DNA of 64,000 bases from Octopus sinensis (taxonomy: Eukaryota). The DNA is taken from the NCBI RefSeq assembly GCF_006345805.1, contig NC_043005.1, positions 27,962,001 to 28,026,000 of the forward strand, in the 5' to 3' direction. Below are positions 63,961 through 64,000 of the stretch, one piece after another. The notes beneath the pieces were generated by a model. The model was not told where the DNA came from. It was given only the letters and a program-made list of their open reading frames with translations, and searched no databases. The position numbers and the translations under genes are program-made. Position 1 is the first letter of the stretch. Each line of letters opens with the position of its first letter.

Positions 63961-64000
63961 TATTGGTTGAGCAGGAGCTGTGATTATTTGGTGTGACTAT

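Overview
Repeat-saturated, AT-rich, non-genic (intronic or intergenic) eukaryotic DNA. The SINE, RTE-LINE and microsatellite families resemble those of octopus genomes; this is inferred from recognition and was not checked against a database. No complete host gene is present. The only good host-exon candidate is 58101-58283 (+). Almost all listed ORFs are microsatellite artefacts or transposon fragments. Main content: many RTE-clade LINE copies (two long ones at 9758-12330 + and 31901-36217 -, whose RT carries an in-frame C4HC3 PHD finger), a Tx1/L1-clade 3' fragment, two CR1-group LINE fragments, a truncated Tc1/mariner element, an internally deleted Gypsy LTR element, tRNA-derived SINEs of at least three families, and foldback/MITE elements including a hAT MITE with a perfect 8-bp TSD. 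The most notable signals are non-coding. (1) Several Penelope-type type I hammerhead ribozyme motifs in ORF-less elements: intact cores at 30391-30483 (+) and 48079-48166 (-), plus one downstream of a tRNA-like Pol III promoter at 41532-41813 (-); two of these carry an inverted copy of their own 3' end at the 5' end. (2) A strictly phased 22-bp array with a conserved GTAAACA (Forkhead-type) core at 23748-24040. (3) A 2.5-kb higher-order expansion of an RTE 3'UTR. (4) An RTE with twin-priming-type inversion and another with a triple C2H2 tail. (5) A two-state 31-bp minisatellite. Coordinates of decayed elements are approximate; all alignments were done by eye.
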